From Pseudovirgaria hyperparasitica (taxonomy: Eukaryota), in assembly GCA_010093815.1 (NCBI GenBank), contig ML996578.1: a DNA stretch of 64,000 bases; one strand, written 5' to 3'. Under the pieces are notes generated by a model. It was not told the origin of the DNA, searched no databases, and saw nothing but the letters and a program-made list of their open reading frames with translations. Positions within the stretch are counted from its first letter, which is position 1; each line of letters opens with the position of its first letter. The position numbers were made by a program, and so were the translations under genes. Positions 24,677 to 37,560 of the stretch are shown here, one piece after another.

Positions 24677-27389
24677 GTCCTCCTACACAACAGCAACAAC
24701 AACAACAGGCGAGTCGCAGACGTCCGCACAGAGTATGAAGAAGTCCAGCAGCACGAGGAAGAAAGGATAGCCAAAAGAAAAGGGCCGAGAGTGAGAGCGC
24801 AGCATGCTAAATGGAGGGCGAGAGTGGGGAGGAGATGGAGTGGCGATGGATATATATGTAGAATATGCACATTGATGGTGAAGTCGGGACAAGGGTCAGC
24901 GGCAGGGTAGAGAGATGTTTGGGACGTTGGGAGAAGGCCATTGAGGACGGGATAAAAGAGAGGGATTTGTGGTGAAGGTTATCGGCAAGGAGAATAGAAG
25001 GGGGAGATGGCGGAGGAATTAGAGAGACAGCCAGTGGTCAGTGAAAGAGAGTTGGGGAGTTGGGGGGAGATGGGGAAGTTGGGAAGTTTTGGGGGAGAAA
25101 GGGAAAAAGGGAATAGCCAAGACTTTCGAACGCAGAGGCGGGCAAACTTGGAAGTCACGGACGGTTGTTTGTTTAGGTGGAGGAGGATGGATTGATTAGG
25201 TAATTAAGGACGAAGAGCCAAGCTCAGTCAGTGGCTCTGTTGCCGAGAACAACTTAACACATCTTAACAGATGACAGACCGGCTCACTTTTCTCACCTTG
25301 CTCTCATCATCATCACTTTCTTGCCGTCAGACTTCCTCACTTTTTACTCACTGACTCGCCATCTCTCATCTCATCTCATCTACGACAAGTCTGGGGAGGC
25401 TACAGGAAGCACGAGTGTAGTGAGTAGTAGTAGTCATACCGGTCGGGAGTAGGCATGATTTGATTGGGATCGAGGGTACTCGAGTCAGGCGGTGGGCGGG
25501 TGGTCAGTGTCAGTGTCAGTTTCGCGACATGTATGTACCTCGGGAAAAAGCCATAGAGGTTCGAGATGTTACGGGTCTGGGTCCTGAGGCGGCACACAAG
25601 ACAAGAATGCGATGCATCTGGACGATTGTAGGAGTAATTACGGCCGGTAATGTAATGGGCATGTTTGATGATATTGCAGCGAGTGAGTGTGATGGAGCGG
25701 GACGGGGAGCAGGTTGGTGGATGTGCAGAGCCAAGAAGAGTGAAGCCACGGGAGAGAGAGAGATGAAGAGTCAGAGTCAGAGTCAGAGTCAGTCGAATGG
25801 ACGGTGATTTGATTAAGAGACGATGCAATGCAATGAATAATGGATGAATGGATGAGTGAATGAATGTGAGGATGTGAATGTGACAGTGTTATGGTTCACT
25901 ACTCGTGGAGCAAGTGCGTGCAGGAGCAGTGGTTGTGCGGGCAGGTGCAGGTGGGTGTGTCTGCAGCCGAAAGGGGAAAGTAGACTGAAAGAGGAAAGTG
26001 GAATGGAAACGGTCGCGTGGCCAGGACAGACGCAAAAAAGGAGTGGGTCGGTCAGGAAGAGGCAGCATCAGCATCTCAGTAATCAAAGACGTGCATACAC
26101 TTATCTGCACGATTGCGCGTTATTGCGTTATTGTGTGATTGCGCCATTGTACTATTATTGCACTCTGCACTATTATTGCACTGCACTGCTCAATACCGGG
26201 ACTGCCCTGGAGAGCGTGCAAAATCACAGTGCATTATCCTCTGCACTATAGGTCGGGTGGTGTTGCACCATGTATTACTATTACTGTTACTATTACTGTT
26301 AGGCTATCAGGCCATTCAAGGTTGACAAGGTAGTGAGTGTCGGGTAGATGTAAGGCAGGAAGTGCCCCACCAGTTTCATCAACTGGCAGGAACGAGTGGC
26401 AGCAGCAGGCGACAACAAGGATGGCGATGACGATGACGATGTGTCTGCATTTGTCAGGGAGGGCAGGCACGACAGATGGCACTTGGCTACCTTTACACAT
26501 GGCAAGCACGACGAGGGCAGGGCAGGGCAGCTAATTATGGCAGGCACGCGCGTGGCAAGACAGGGCAAGGGCGACCGGCAAAGATGCACGTAATTCCCAC
26601 CTGGCCGGGCAGGGACTTGCATCCTTCAATCTTTAATGCGATGGCGACTTGACCGTGTTTTGTATCTTGTATTTTACCTTGTTACTACTTATTAATCACC
26701 TGCCAACAGCCTGAATCTACAGCAGTCAACAGCAAGACGGGCGAAGAAGACAGTATAAAACACGTTACTAATCCATCTCTACCTCTCTCCCTCTACACCC
26801 ATACTGTCGCAACTACAGTAGCTGTCCGACACAGGTCCCGGGCTGTCTGCTGCTCTGCTCCACCGTGACACCTCACTGCATAGCTGCACCACGAACTGCA
26901 ACACTGCAGCATTCATCACTGTGCACCGGACGTCCCCTTGAATCAATCAATTACCTGGTCGTCTTGAAACCCACACAAGCCAAAACCAGCAATGCAGCCC
27001 GCCTGGTCCTGCAGTGCCTTCGTCTAAACCTGGTCCTGGCCGACCGAGCGGGGCGGCTGCACACCTTGGGCACCAGCTTGGCTGGCCCGCTGATTAACCG
27101 GCGCTCGCTTCCGAGCTTCTACCACACACTTCATATTCATCTCCCTCCATCATCACCACCACTCCATACCACACGCACCGCACGCACCGCGCAACTCTTC
27201 CTTTCAATCCCTCGGCTACATAATAATACTACTCCTCTTATACACATGCGACATCATGCTTCAGACTTGTCCACTTCTTCGTCCGCGAATGCCTTCGTCC
27301 ACGACATGACAACTTGCCTGAACTGCTACTCTGCTCTACAGACACTCCCTTGCTCTCGTCCTCGCTCTCGCACTCGCTGAACTTTGTCC

Positions 27390-29198
27390 ATGATGATGAT
27401 CCTCCACGTCCACTTACCTCCTATTCGATCCCTGTATCCATTCGTGTACTTCATCGCTGTCGCCGCCCTGCTCGTAGTCGCCAATTGTCGTCACCATAAT
27501 CTGCTATGCGTAACAACAGATGCGAATTCTTGCTCTGAGTCCTGGTCCTCACAAAAATCGCTTGCTGGACGAGTTGATGGCCAACGCGTCTTGGATGATG
27601 TCCCTCATGTCCCACACCGCTCTCTGACTCCTGACGTCCTCGATAAGCTGCTCTCTGCCCTTGACACACTGCAATCTGCTTTCTTTCAAGTCTGGCTCGG
27701 TATCTGGCCAGATGCCATCGATTGGACCTCCGCAGTCATGGGTGCACATGTGTCTGCCGTCTTGTACACTCTAACTCGTGCCACAGAGTACACGCTACCC
27801 CAGCTAGGCAATGTCGAAAATACTGTCAACCGCTTCTACTCCCAGATCGCTGCCTTTTACTTTGGCCAAAATGCGTTTGCCCTTAGGACTCAAGCATACG
27901 ATGACATGCTTTGGGTAGTGCTCGGTTGGCTCGAGCCTGTCAAGCTCATGAGGACACATTCCGACCGCCACTTTCCACATCCACATTCATGGCACGGAAC
28001 CCAGTACCAAGCGGCCTTTGCCCATCGCGCCAATTTGTTCTGGGAACTGGCCGCCGACGGATGGGACACAACACTCTGTGGCGGAGGTATGGTCTGGAGT
28101 CCATACCTTGAGCCTTATAAGAATGCCATTACAAACCAACTGTATATCACAGCTTCGGCTGCCATGTATCTGCACTTTCCTGGAGACGATAACACGTCTC
28201 CGTTCGCCAGGGGTAATGACAGATCCCGCCAAGGGGATAAGGGACCCTACGACAAACGTTATCTTGATGCCGCCGTCACAGCCTACGCCTGGCTCAACAA
28301 CAGCGGAATGACGAACCAGCAAGGCCTCTATACTGATGGTTTCCACATCAAAGGTTGGAATCATAACGGAAGCATTGGGACTGCTAAATGCGACAAAAGG
28401 AACGAGCAGGTCTATACGTACAATCAAGGCGTCATTCTGTCCGGTCTGCGCGGACTCTGGGAAGGCATAGGCCATTCACAGTATCTGGAGGATGGCCACA
28501 AACTAGTCGACAGCGTCATTAGAGCAACTGGCTGGGTTGATGGAGCTCACAAGCCATCCTATGACTGGAAGGGCTTAGGCCGTAACGGCATCCTCGAGGA
28601 CGCCTGCGACAGCTGGGGTGATTGCGACCAAGACGCTCAAACATTCAAGGGTATATTCTTCACTCATCTCGCACATTTCTGTGAACCCTTACCACGTGAG
28701 CCTGTGGCCTCCGGAATGACGCACTCTGCCTCTCCCGCCCTCGCATTGTTGCACACCCAGGCCTGTCAAAAGTACACGCCATGGCTGAAGCACAATGCAT
28801 ATGCTGCTCTGCGAACCCGCGATGACAATGGAGTGTTTGGGCAATGGTGGGGAGAGCCCGACTGTGACTGGGAATTCCAGATATATGGCAAAAGCACTTC
28901 GTGTACCATCGGCGTCGCTGTTGATGCTAAAGGTAATGACGGCCACCGTAACTGGGGAGGATCTGCGAAATGGAGGCCCCTTGCTTGCCACGGGGATTCA
29001 CAAAGTAATTGTACGCCGCACTATGCTTCACGTGCCCGTATCCCACAACGAGCCGGTCCGGTGCCAATATACTCGGCAGGTAGTAAAGATGCCTCTACAA
29101 CAAAGGACTCGAATGACCGCGGGCGGGGCAGGACTGTCGAAAGCCATAGTGGTGGTGTTGCTGTCCTCCGCGCCCTATTCGAGCTCGACAGCCTTTGA
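27390..29198 (+). CDS. Glycoside hydrolase family 76 protein (start uncertain)
   Basis: AYDDMLWVVLGWL catalytic DD pair, CGGGMVW, YKNAITNQL, YTYNQGVILSG, QTFKGIF. Confidence 0.85.
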   Translation: MMMILHVHLPPIRSLYPFVYFIAVAALLVVANCRHHNLLCVTTDANSCSESWSSQKSLAGRVDGQRVLDDVPHVPHRSLTPDVLDKLLSALDTLQSAFFQVWLGIWPDAIDWTSAVMGAHVSAVLYTLTRATEYTLPQLGNVENTVNRFYSQIAAFYFGQNAFALRTQAYDDMLWVVLGWLEPVKLMRTHSDRHFPHPHSWHGTQYQAAFAHRANLFWELAADGWDTTLCGGGMVWSPYLEPYKNAITNQLYITASAAMYLHFPGDDNTSPFARGNDRSRQGDKGPYDKRYLDAAVTAYAWLNNSGMTNQQGLYTDGFHIKGWNHNGSIGTAKCDKRNEQVYTYNQGVILSGLRGLWEGIGHSQYLEDGHKLVDSVIRATGWVDGAHKPSYDWKGLGRNGILEDACDSWGDCDQDAQTFKGIFFTHLAHFCEPLPREPVASGMTHSASPALALLHTQACQKYTPWLKHNAYAALRTRDDNGVFGQWWGEPDCDWEFQIYGKSTSCTIGVAVDAKGNDGHRNWGGSAKWRPLACHGDSQSNCTPHYASRARIPQRAGPVPIYSAGSKDASTTKDSNDRGRGRTVESHSGGVAVLRALFELDSL

Positions 29199-29613
29199 GC
29201 TGTGGATTTTCGTACAATAAAACGAAAAACTGGGGCCACGATATCCTAGCAATTTCAACACGTGGATTCAAGTCAGTATTACTTCGAGCCATCAGGAGTG
29301 AACTGCTGCAGCTCTGCGCGCTGGAAATGACCTTTAATCTGCTCTTATACGTTCTCTCGCGTGGTTCACTAGGTCGTATCCCTTGGACCTGAACGGACTT
29401 GAACAAGGTATCCTTATACGGCACCTCCCTGCCACGTGGCACACGACAGACCACCAACTCCCCCCACGCACTCGTAAAGCTCAAAGTCACGAAATCCGGG
29501 GTCATCGTGTGTCATACAGTAAGAAGTTAAGCCCCAATTCGGCGGCTTCTTTGCAGCTCTCTACTTCTTCCCAGTCTACACCTCCACCGACCAGGGAAAC
29601 AAAATCGATCAAG

Positions 29614-30788
29614 ATGATTTCCGTCACAACGACCAAAAGTAAGCGTAGGCCTTCATTCAGAGACTTCATCATCCGCGTGCGTGATTTCAAGGCATCCGTT
29701 TCTTCCGAGGGAGCACTACGGAGCTCTAAACCACGTCAGGGCTCAAGTTCTTCGTCAGAAGGCGAGAGCGCTCGGCATACTCGCGACAACGTAGGAACGA
29801 AACACCATGAACCAGTTGTATTCGATACTAGCATCGCTAGAGATCCGTTACTACTTAAGTTGGCTGTTGTCATACACAGGCCTCCAACAATGTCTCACGG
29901 TGTGAGCGCCGGAGGCCTGAAACAACACATATGGTCCTCGTCATACATCACGACCTCAGTCGCCGACCCACCACTCCCACCGTTCCGTTTGCTCGATCTC
30001 CCCGGCGAACTACGCAACCAGATCTACGAAAACATCTGCATCCTCCCGGACCCAATCAACGTCGGCAAGATGCCACGATCTACGGCCCAAGGGCGCCCAC
30101 AAACCATCCTCCCCTCAAGCGAAACCGTACGCAACGTCCTCCGCTTCCTCGCCACCAACATCCAAATCAACGCCGAAGCCCTTCCCATCTTCTACGGCCG
30201 CAACACCTGGGAAGTCGCCCACAACGCCACCACTGAACACAGCCCCTCTCCGCCATGCACCACCACAACCACAGAGCCCACATGCGCGCCTTCACAACCT
30301 TCTGGGCCGTCGCCGATATGACCCGCTGCACCTGCGACACTCACTACTACGAAGCCGTCGCCTGGCGCCGCGCCTGCCTCTCAGCAAACTCCCTCGCCGT
30401 TCTCTTCCCAAACCTCGCCTCCTACACCCTCACCTTCTCCTGCGACGACCACAGCTACACCATCCCGGCCTCCGTCCCCACCCTCCGCTGCTCCATGACA
30501 AACGTCTGGCACCACCAGCTCATGCGCCGCCAACAACTTGCCGAGTCGGACCCTGAGATCCGCGACCGCTGCTACGCCTGGATCCGCAAAGTCGCCGAGC
30601 TCGAACATGAACAGTACCGCGCCGGCCCGCCCGTGAAGCGCAGGGTGGAGTCTGGTCCCACGCCTGCCATGCGCGTGGTGTTTCAGGGGGTTTGTGCGTG
30701 TATGGTGCCTGAGGCGTTTGCTTGGGGCTTGGCAAAGTATGCCGAGGAGGCGCGTTTGAAGCGTAGCATGGGTATCAACTGGGCTTGA
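29614..30788 (+). CDS. Fungal protein with F-box-like 'FRLLDLPGELRNQIY' motif; apparent frameshift near 30240
   Basis: PFRLLDLPGELRNQIYE and INAEALPIFYGRNTW motifs; coding-like composition continues in a second frame (ORF 30255-30788). Confidence 0.55.
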
Positions 30789-31605
30789 CTGGGCTTGGCT
30801 GTGCTTGGCTGGACTTGATTGGACTTGATACCAGGTTGTGTTGGGGGTTTGGGCGTCTGGAGTAGGATGGTATGACATGATATGGCATGGCACGACACGG
30901 CATGACGTGAAACGGTATGGATTAGAACGGAACAGTATGGAACAGAATACCACAACGTCAACTCAGACACGACAGAGTCCATCACCAGCAGTCCGGAGGG
31001 GTTTTCGTTTTCTGTTTTCTGTTTATTCCGGGCAACACAGTCATGCATGCACATGGGCGTTTGGTTTGTTTCCATGGGCCTGCATATTTGCATTCTGTTT
31101 CTCTCTTTCTTTGTCTCTCTATCTCTCTCTCATTTGTCCATCTCACTCACTTGTTCATCTCCATCTCCACCTGATGGCCGACAGACAGACAGACAGACAG
31201 ACATACAGACATCTTCATATCATGGAGGCACACTCGGGCGTCACAAAAAAGGATTCATGTCCACTTTTGCTTTTTTTTTTCTATCAATGGGGCTGTTTGC
31301 ATAGAGTGTGGAATAAGTGGGTAGGTCATGTGTGTTTATATATACCCCTGGATACGGATACGGGATACGGATAACCTTATTTGTGTTATGGGATGGGTTG
31401 GGGGTTTCGGGTGTTGGAGATGACTGGATTAGGTCGGTTTTAGGAGGCAGAGGTAGAGGTAGAGGTAGAGGTAGAGGTGTTTTATGTTATCTTTGTGCTC
31501 TTTTAGATGGGTCTTGGTTGTGACTCTGGTATTGAGGATCGGTATATCCCTTTTCCACGAGTGCATGTCATTCGTGCTACACCTTTGCGTGTCTGTGTTC
31601 CATCT

Positions 31606-31610
<5 letters not shown>

Positions 31611-31645
<35 letters not shown>
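31611..31645. repeat. (TG)n microsatellite
   Basis: Direct reading. Confidence 0.95.
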
Positions 31646-31647
<2 letters not shown>

Positions 31648-31780
31648 CGAGCGATGCCGTGAGAATACTGAACATGGTTTGAACGTAAGACTATGAACGT
31701 GAACAGTGGTTACTCAGACTCCTCAGCTCACCTCAGCTCAGCTCACTACTCTTCTATCGTATACTGTATGCTTTATACCG

Positions 31781-31848
31781 TATCCCATATCCCATATCCC
31801 ATATCCCATATCCCATATCCCATATCCCATATCCCATATCCCATATCC
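31781..31848. repeat. 7-bp tandem repeat (TATCCCA)n, about 10 copies
   Basis: Direct reading. Confidence 0.95.
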
Positions 31849-32542
31849 AACATCCCATACACCGTACCATCCATGGCCCACTCACTCACTCACTCGCTCA
31901 CTCTCTCACTCGCTCATGGTGTCCTCCCCTAATACGCCGTTACAAGTCAGTCATCAATGTATGCACCACGCACTTCCTCAGGCAACGCTTCGTTCATATA
32001 CTGCCCTAGACGGACATTGGGACTGAGACTGAGACAAAGACAAGGACTGAGACTGAGACTGAGGCCCTGGTTCGTGCTGGTGGTGGTCAGGTTGTGTGTG
32101 ATTTCTTCTTTTTCTTCCTTGGGCGCGGAGGGGTTTCTGGGAGGAGGTCTGGACGGCTGGCGAGTGACGGTTGACGGCTGATGGTTTGTAACTGGTGATT
32201 GACTGAAGGATAAATATTTGAGAAGATAGAGACAGAGAGCGTATGTGATAGACGTGTGAGGGTGTGTGAGGTATGTGAGGTATGTGTGGTAAGTGAGGTC
32301 CACTACCGCACCCGAGCCTCTCTCACCACCGCCTCACACAACACAACACAAATCCACAAATCCACAAATCCACCCCCAACATCCCCAATTACCCTCAAAA
32401 CACATAAAAACACACATCCACGCCATCTCCCCATCCTCAAGACCCCTCAGACCCCCAAAAAATACCCCCAAGCATGCCCAGAGCTTCAAAAACAGCCAAA
32501 AACGAAAGATTCGCCAAAATTGCAAAAGAAATATACTCATAT

Positions 32543-32648
32543 ATGACTTAGGGAGGATCGAACCCAAGACCTGGTAGCAGGAATCATATTCCAGTGTTGC
32601 AAGAGCAGGATTATAAAGTTCAACGTGATACCACCCGACCACGGTAGA
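32543..32648 (-). pseudogene. Degenerate tRNA-like / Pol III element
   Basis: A box TGGTCGGGTGG (32641-32631) and B box GGTTCGATCC (32564-32555) on the minus strand; acceptor and T stems do not pair properly. Confidence 0.5.
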
Positions 32649-33039
32649 TGATTAACTGTAAGCGGCTGAGAATTGTAAAACTTGCGCGCATTATATAGGG
32701 TGTTAAAGGGGCGAGCTGTGACGTATTGTGAATTGGTTGCACCCCTTGCGGGAACAACCATCGGGGCTAAGCTGGTTCACGTGTTCTTCAGGCGCTGTTC
32801 AGGTGCTGCTCAGATCTCTGTCCTTTCAGGTGAAGTCTCGAGCTAGCTTTGTCGTGATGATGAGTTTTCAAGAGCAGTTTTCTGAGGCTACGTCCTTGCA
32901 TTTTTCAACCCATCAACGCCGTGCGTGCAGACGTGAATCCTCACGACGCTCCAAGGTACAATCTCGTATCGTTTTTCAAGTCGACTTGCCATTCAACTTA
33001 AATATTGACAACCTTCCAGCTCCTTCATACCCTCCTACC

Positions 33040-33479
33040 TCAGTCCACCGTCTCGCCGGCCTTCAGCACAAAGCGACCCGAATAATGAATTTGATTCTCT
33101 TGAGCGATTTGCAGCGCATAATGCTCGGACACGCCCAAGTCTCCCGACACTGTCCACTCGAAAGTCCCACCCGTTGCTGTCGCTGTGTGCACTCGTCAGA
33201 CCCAATACTCTTTGACTCGCCAACGAAATATCACATCTTAAAGAAGGCAACATTTACAGGTCAGAGTTGCGACTGTCTTCATATTGCCGCTCGAGCCTTC
33301 TTGTAGAGTGATGCTCACGGGCTGATGACATGTCAGTCTTAGCCAGGAACTGCGAGACACAGGAGGCTAGGAGAAACTCTCAGGCGTACCGCGTCTGTAG
33401 GTGCTACGTATTCGATCGTATATGTCTTGCCGGTTTCGACTGCTTGCGGTATATTGGTGAAGAAGAGGATGCCACTCAT
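33040..33479 (-). CDS. 98-aa stand-alone Kre9/Knh1-like (Ser-Thr-rich GPI protein N-terminal) domain; exons 33479-33390, 33321-33258, 33182-33040
   Basis: Two canonical introns (GTACGC..CTGAC..CAG; GTAAAT..CTGAC..CAG) join an open frame: MSGILFFTNIPQAVETGKTYTIEYVAPTDA-PVSITLQEGSSGNMKTVATLT-STATGGTFEWTVSGDLGVSEHYALQIAQENQIHYSGRFVLKAGETVD*. Confidence 0.8.
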
Positions 33480-35454
33480 GGTGGGCACGATGAGAGGACA
33501 AGGTTGTTGGAATGGAAAGGAATACAACACAGAGACACTCAGCGCGATGGCACGACACCATTCAGCTCTGGTAATCGCTATGCATATCGTTGCCCCTCTA
33601 CATAGCGAGTCGTACTCGGCTACGCTGGCTGGTGATGTCAGGTCTGTGGCCCCGATCCAGGGGGCCTGAGGATCTTCAGCGACGAGGGTTCGCGATCGAG
33701 GCGCTCCTATTGCCAAAACAACATCAAAGCGCCTTGGAATGACATTTTGGATATATTTCGGATCGGATCGATGTGGTATTCGCTGTCTCTCTTGTTCTAT
33801 ATGAGGATATGTCAATGCGAGTTGACGTAGAGTCGCTTGTTGTGCAGCACTAGGGCGTCTGCTCGCGGACACAACAGCGACGAACCCAGTTCACGGTCCA
33901 TTGTCCGAACCATGAATGCAACCAGGGATGCCTCTTTCAGCTCACATACCACTTCAGTACGGCGCATCATGAGTGGATACTATTTGAGCGATAGACGGCT
34001 TGAACTGAAGATCTCCATATTCTTCTTGAGCCACAGTGTTGCTAGCTCCGCACACGACCGAGATTGAGTTCTGAAGCTGCTCGGGTCAGAACATATGCTC
34101 TACCCTTGTCAGTGATCATCTTGACTCGTTGACAGAGTTGTAGTCGGTGGCGAGCACCTATCGGTCACTCGGAATATGCAAGAGGTGCATAAGAACGTTG
34201 ATCTGAGTCGTCCGTGCAATTTCCTACATCTCTTCTTGACAGACTGACGATAACGCACCTGAGCTCACCGGCCAGTATTGACTACAACGATGAGCTACTA
34301 CACTGTTGTATAGACTTCAGGAAGCTCTCAAAACAGAGGACGCTAGGTCCACATCACCGTGCAGACAAAATAGGGATGAGTAGGATAATAACGATGACTG
34401 AGATAACGGGCACAAAAGCAGAACATAGAAGACATTCCCCAATCTCAGACAGATACCAACGGATAGAATAAGCCACTCCGCACACGACACCTTCCGAAAG
34501 ACTAAATCGCCCCTTCCACCATCCACTTGTACCACCACTGCCTTCCTCTGTTTGTATCGCTGTCTTCAAAAATAGGCCCAATCGAGAAGAAATCAAAGGG
34601 GAACATGCCAAGCTCTTATTAAACCTCATGTGCTACATACATACAGGAGAGCCATTTAGGGCGAGATTCCATAGACATGGCTCCAATGCATCGTACCCGA
34701 CTCCGCATGACCCTGCATGACCCTGCATCCGCACGCTCAAAGGACGTCTCCGACTGGGCATGAAACGTTGACAAGTGAGTGGCCAGCCCAGCCCAAGAGC
34801 AGTAAAGATATGGTATGTCGTTGAAGTTCGAAGAGTGCTTGCAGGGGTGCGAAGACGGGCAAGGGGTGACCACATGGAGAAACACCTGCATATCTCGCAG
34901 CATCCCTTTGGACGGGCCGACTCGACGGTCCGTTGCGTGACATGCATCGATCAGGCTCCGAGTTCCGTTTACTGGCGGTCGAGCTTGGTATTGGGGAGAT
35001 TCGAGATATGGTCGTTGAACTTCTGTAGACACAGCAGGGGTGTTAGTGTGAGGTAAGAGTCCGTACGACGGCTTTCATCTCAGATGCTAGCCGAGGGCAA
35101 GGCCACGTCGCTTCTTCTTGATGGAACTCGGGGCTTGGAGAGATTTGACAAGATTATTGGGCCATTATGCTGGAGACTGGGTCGTTGTAACATCCTCGTT
35201 GAGGTTCGTGATCATACTGCAGGGTCATGAGGCAAGGAACCGCGGAATGCTCACACCGGACCGTGTATCACAACGTTTGTACCTTGATGTTTGCACACTG
35301 GAAGTCTGCGTATGTGTCTGATTGTAGCGTATACTGCTTTCATCCGTGTCTGAGCTGTCCTAGTGTAGAGTCGTCCGGAACAATTTGTGTCGCGCCACTG
35401 CTCTAGCATCTGGCCAGTCGATTAAAATCGATTTTCGTAGAATCCCACTCCCGC

Positions 35455-37560
35455 TCAAGAATATAGCCTATCATCGTGCAGAAGATCTACAAATTGCTCA
35501 TCGCTGTACGTAGATACAGCGATACGTCCAACATCGTCCATTGGGCGGATGTCTCCGATCCTAACCCTAACGTTCCGAAACTTTCGCATCCGCTCTGCTG
35601 CGTCCATCGCAGTTCCGTCTGGCGGTACATGTACGAATGGATTGTCACGTATCATCGACGAGATGTTCATCGCAAGATCAGGAGCTTTGCGTATACGGTC
35701 CAGCACCACGCCCCAGACACCAACTAGAACCATGATCGACGTAGCCACGAGAAGGAGTGTGAGCCAGCCAGTATTGCAGACAAGAACCACCTCTCCATCG
35801 GTAACATTGACTCTCGTACTGCGTACAGCCATCCCGCCTGGTATCACTGTACCTGCGTCTTCACCACCAGGGACATTACCTGGTAATTTATTGGGTACCG
35901 TCGTTAGGCCCATTCCTGCTACCTGGAAAGTGTTCCAGACCTGTGTCCAACGCCAGCTGAACGTTTCGTCCGTCAGATTGTTGACGTGAACACTTTCGTC
36001 GATCGTGCTGTTGTATGGAGCCCAAGGTCGCGTCAGATACCGCTGCGCGAATGTAGGCTGAAAAAAGTATATATTGCACATCATGAATTTAACCATGGTG
36101 TCAAGGAAGATCGAGGGTGTATCACTTGTTCCGCCGTCTAAAGTGGTCCAACCAGTTGGGCGATGTGCTTGTATGGATTCACGCATCCGAGTACCGGTAC
36201 AATTTCGCCCAACGCAAGAGACGTCGAGCTCGACGTAGGTAGTCCGGAGGTCGCATGATGCCGCTGACCATTTCATGTTGTCGTTAATGCCAGCGTAACG
36301 AACAATGCGAGAAGTAAGGCTAGGGTCACTGCTATTCCGGCGAAGGGCAGCTTCAGCAACGGTCTGGTTACCGAAGCTGACCGCAGTGTATACACATCTG
36401 TTATTTTTGATGTAGAACTCGTCCTCACTGATCTGTTGTTCAGGCCAAGGGGCAAAGTCAGGAGTATCCTTATAGTCTCGGTGTAGCCTACAATCCAGAT
36501 ACATGTATTGTGTTTCCTACCGAGCAATGATGAGTTAGAGTCAAAGAGTTCTTAGAAGTGGTTAAATACCAGCTTGAAAGTCGAATTGCTTGTACGTCCG
36601 AGACTCGACATGGGGAGTCCTACTAGACTGGAGGCGACCGTGTTCTCCGATGTCAGCTCATACCAGCCTTGCTCATCAGGTTTTGCAGTCTTCGCTGCCG
36701 CTTCCAGGAACGGGATTTTCAGGTTTCCCCAAGCATCCATCGTAGAATTCTTCATTTCCGCTGGTGCCATTAGGGACGAATGAACGAGTCCATGGAGAAC
36801 GGTCTCTGTCAAAGCAGGATCGGCGGTGTAGTGTGCTATATTTTCTGGCAAGAATTCTGACTCCGCATGGTTGAGATACAAGAGCGTAGCCCCCTTTGAT
36901 GTTGTTCGGAATTCAAATTCGATGATACGCAACGAGGCCTGGCCACCAAGTGGCGAAAAGGCCCATAAAAATATCAGCAATACCCCTAAAGCACCCATGC
37001 GTTGAAACTTGAGCTGTGTCATAATGGTCGCAAAAATGGTCGTACTACCTAGTAATTGATCTAGTGTCTGCAATCTTTCGCCGTTCTCGAGTCTCCATAG
37101 TGCAGCAGCATGCATGGTTTGGCCGACGATAGCAGCAAAGAGGATCGGGAAGACAGTTGGGCCCTGGGACACCATTAATGCTGGCCAGAAATATTGCGAT
37201 GCCGTTGATACTCACATACTTGGCAGTGTCCTCGATGAGCTTCAGATGTTTAATGTACTGCACACCAACGCCACTGTATGTATATACAAATATACCCTGG
37301 ACAAAGAACAGACATGAGATTAAGATGGTGATCACATCACCAATGCTTGCCAGCTTGTTGACAAATCCGACTTTCCGTAGAGGTTGCGCATCTCCATGCC
37401 AGCGTGAGAACGTGATTGAGTCTTGCAGTGTAGATTCAGCTCTCATGGGTTGCTTCGGTTTGGGATTGGCTTGTTGTTCATCCCCACGCTGACCCATGTC
37501 CTCAGGACGGTCGGAGATTTCATGGGAGCAGAAGAGGCTGTCCAAGGAAGTGTGGGACAT
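35455..37560 (-). CDS. Fungal-specific multi-pass membrane protein of unknown function, 2 introns (start uncertain)
   Basis: GPTVFPILFAAIVG...WRLENGERLQTLDQLLGS, WAFSPLGGQASLR, C-terminal TM plus SSMIRDNPFV and VRIGDI; three consecutive ORFs separated by intron-like gaps. Confidence 0.75.

Noticed and set aside
33780..34330. Protein-like fragments on the minus strand
   Set aside because: Interrupted by stops and no family recognised.
35560..35572. CCTAACCCTAAC telomere-like motif
   Set aside because: Only two units and inside a coding exon (VRVRIG).
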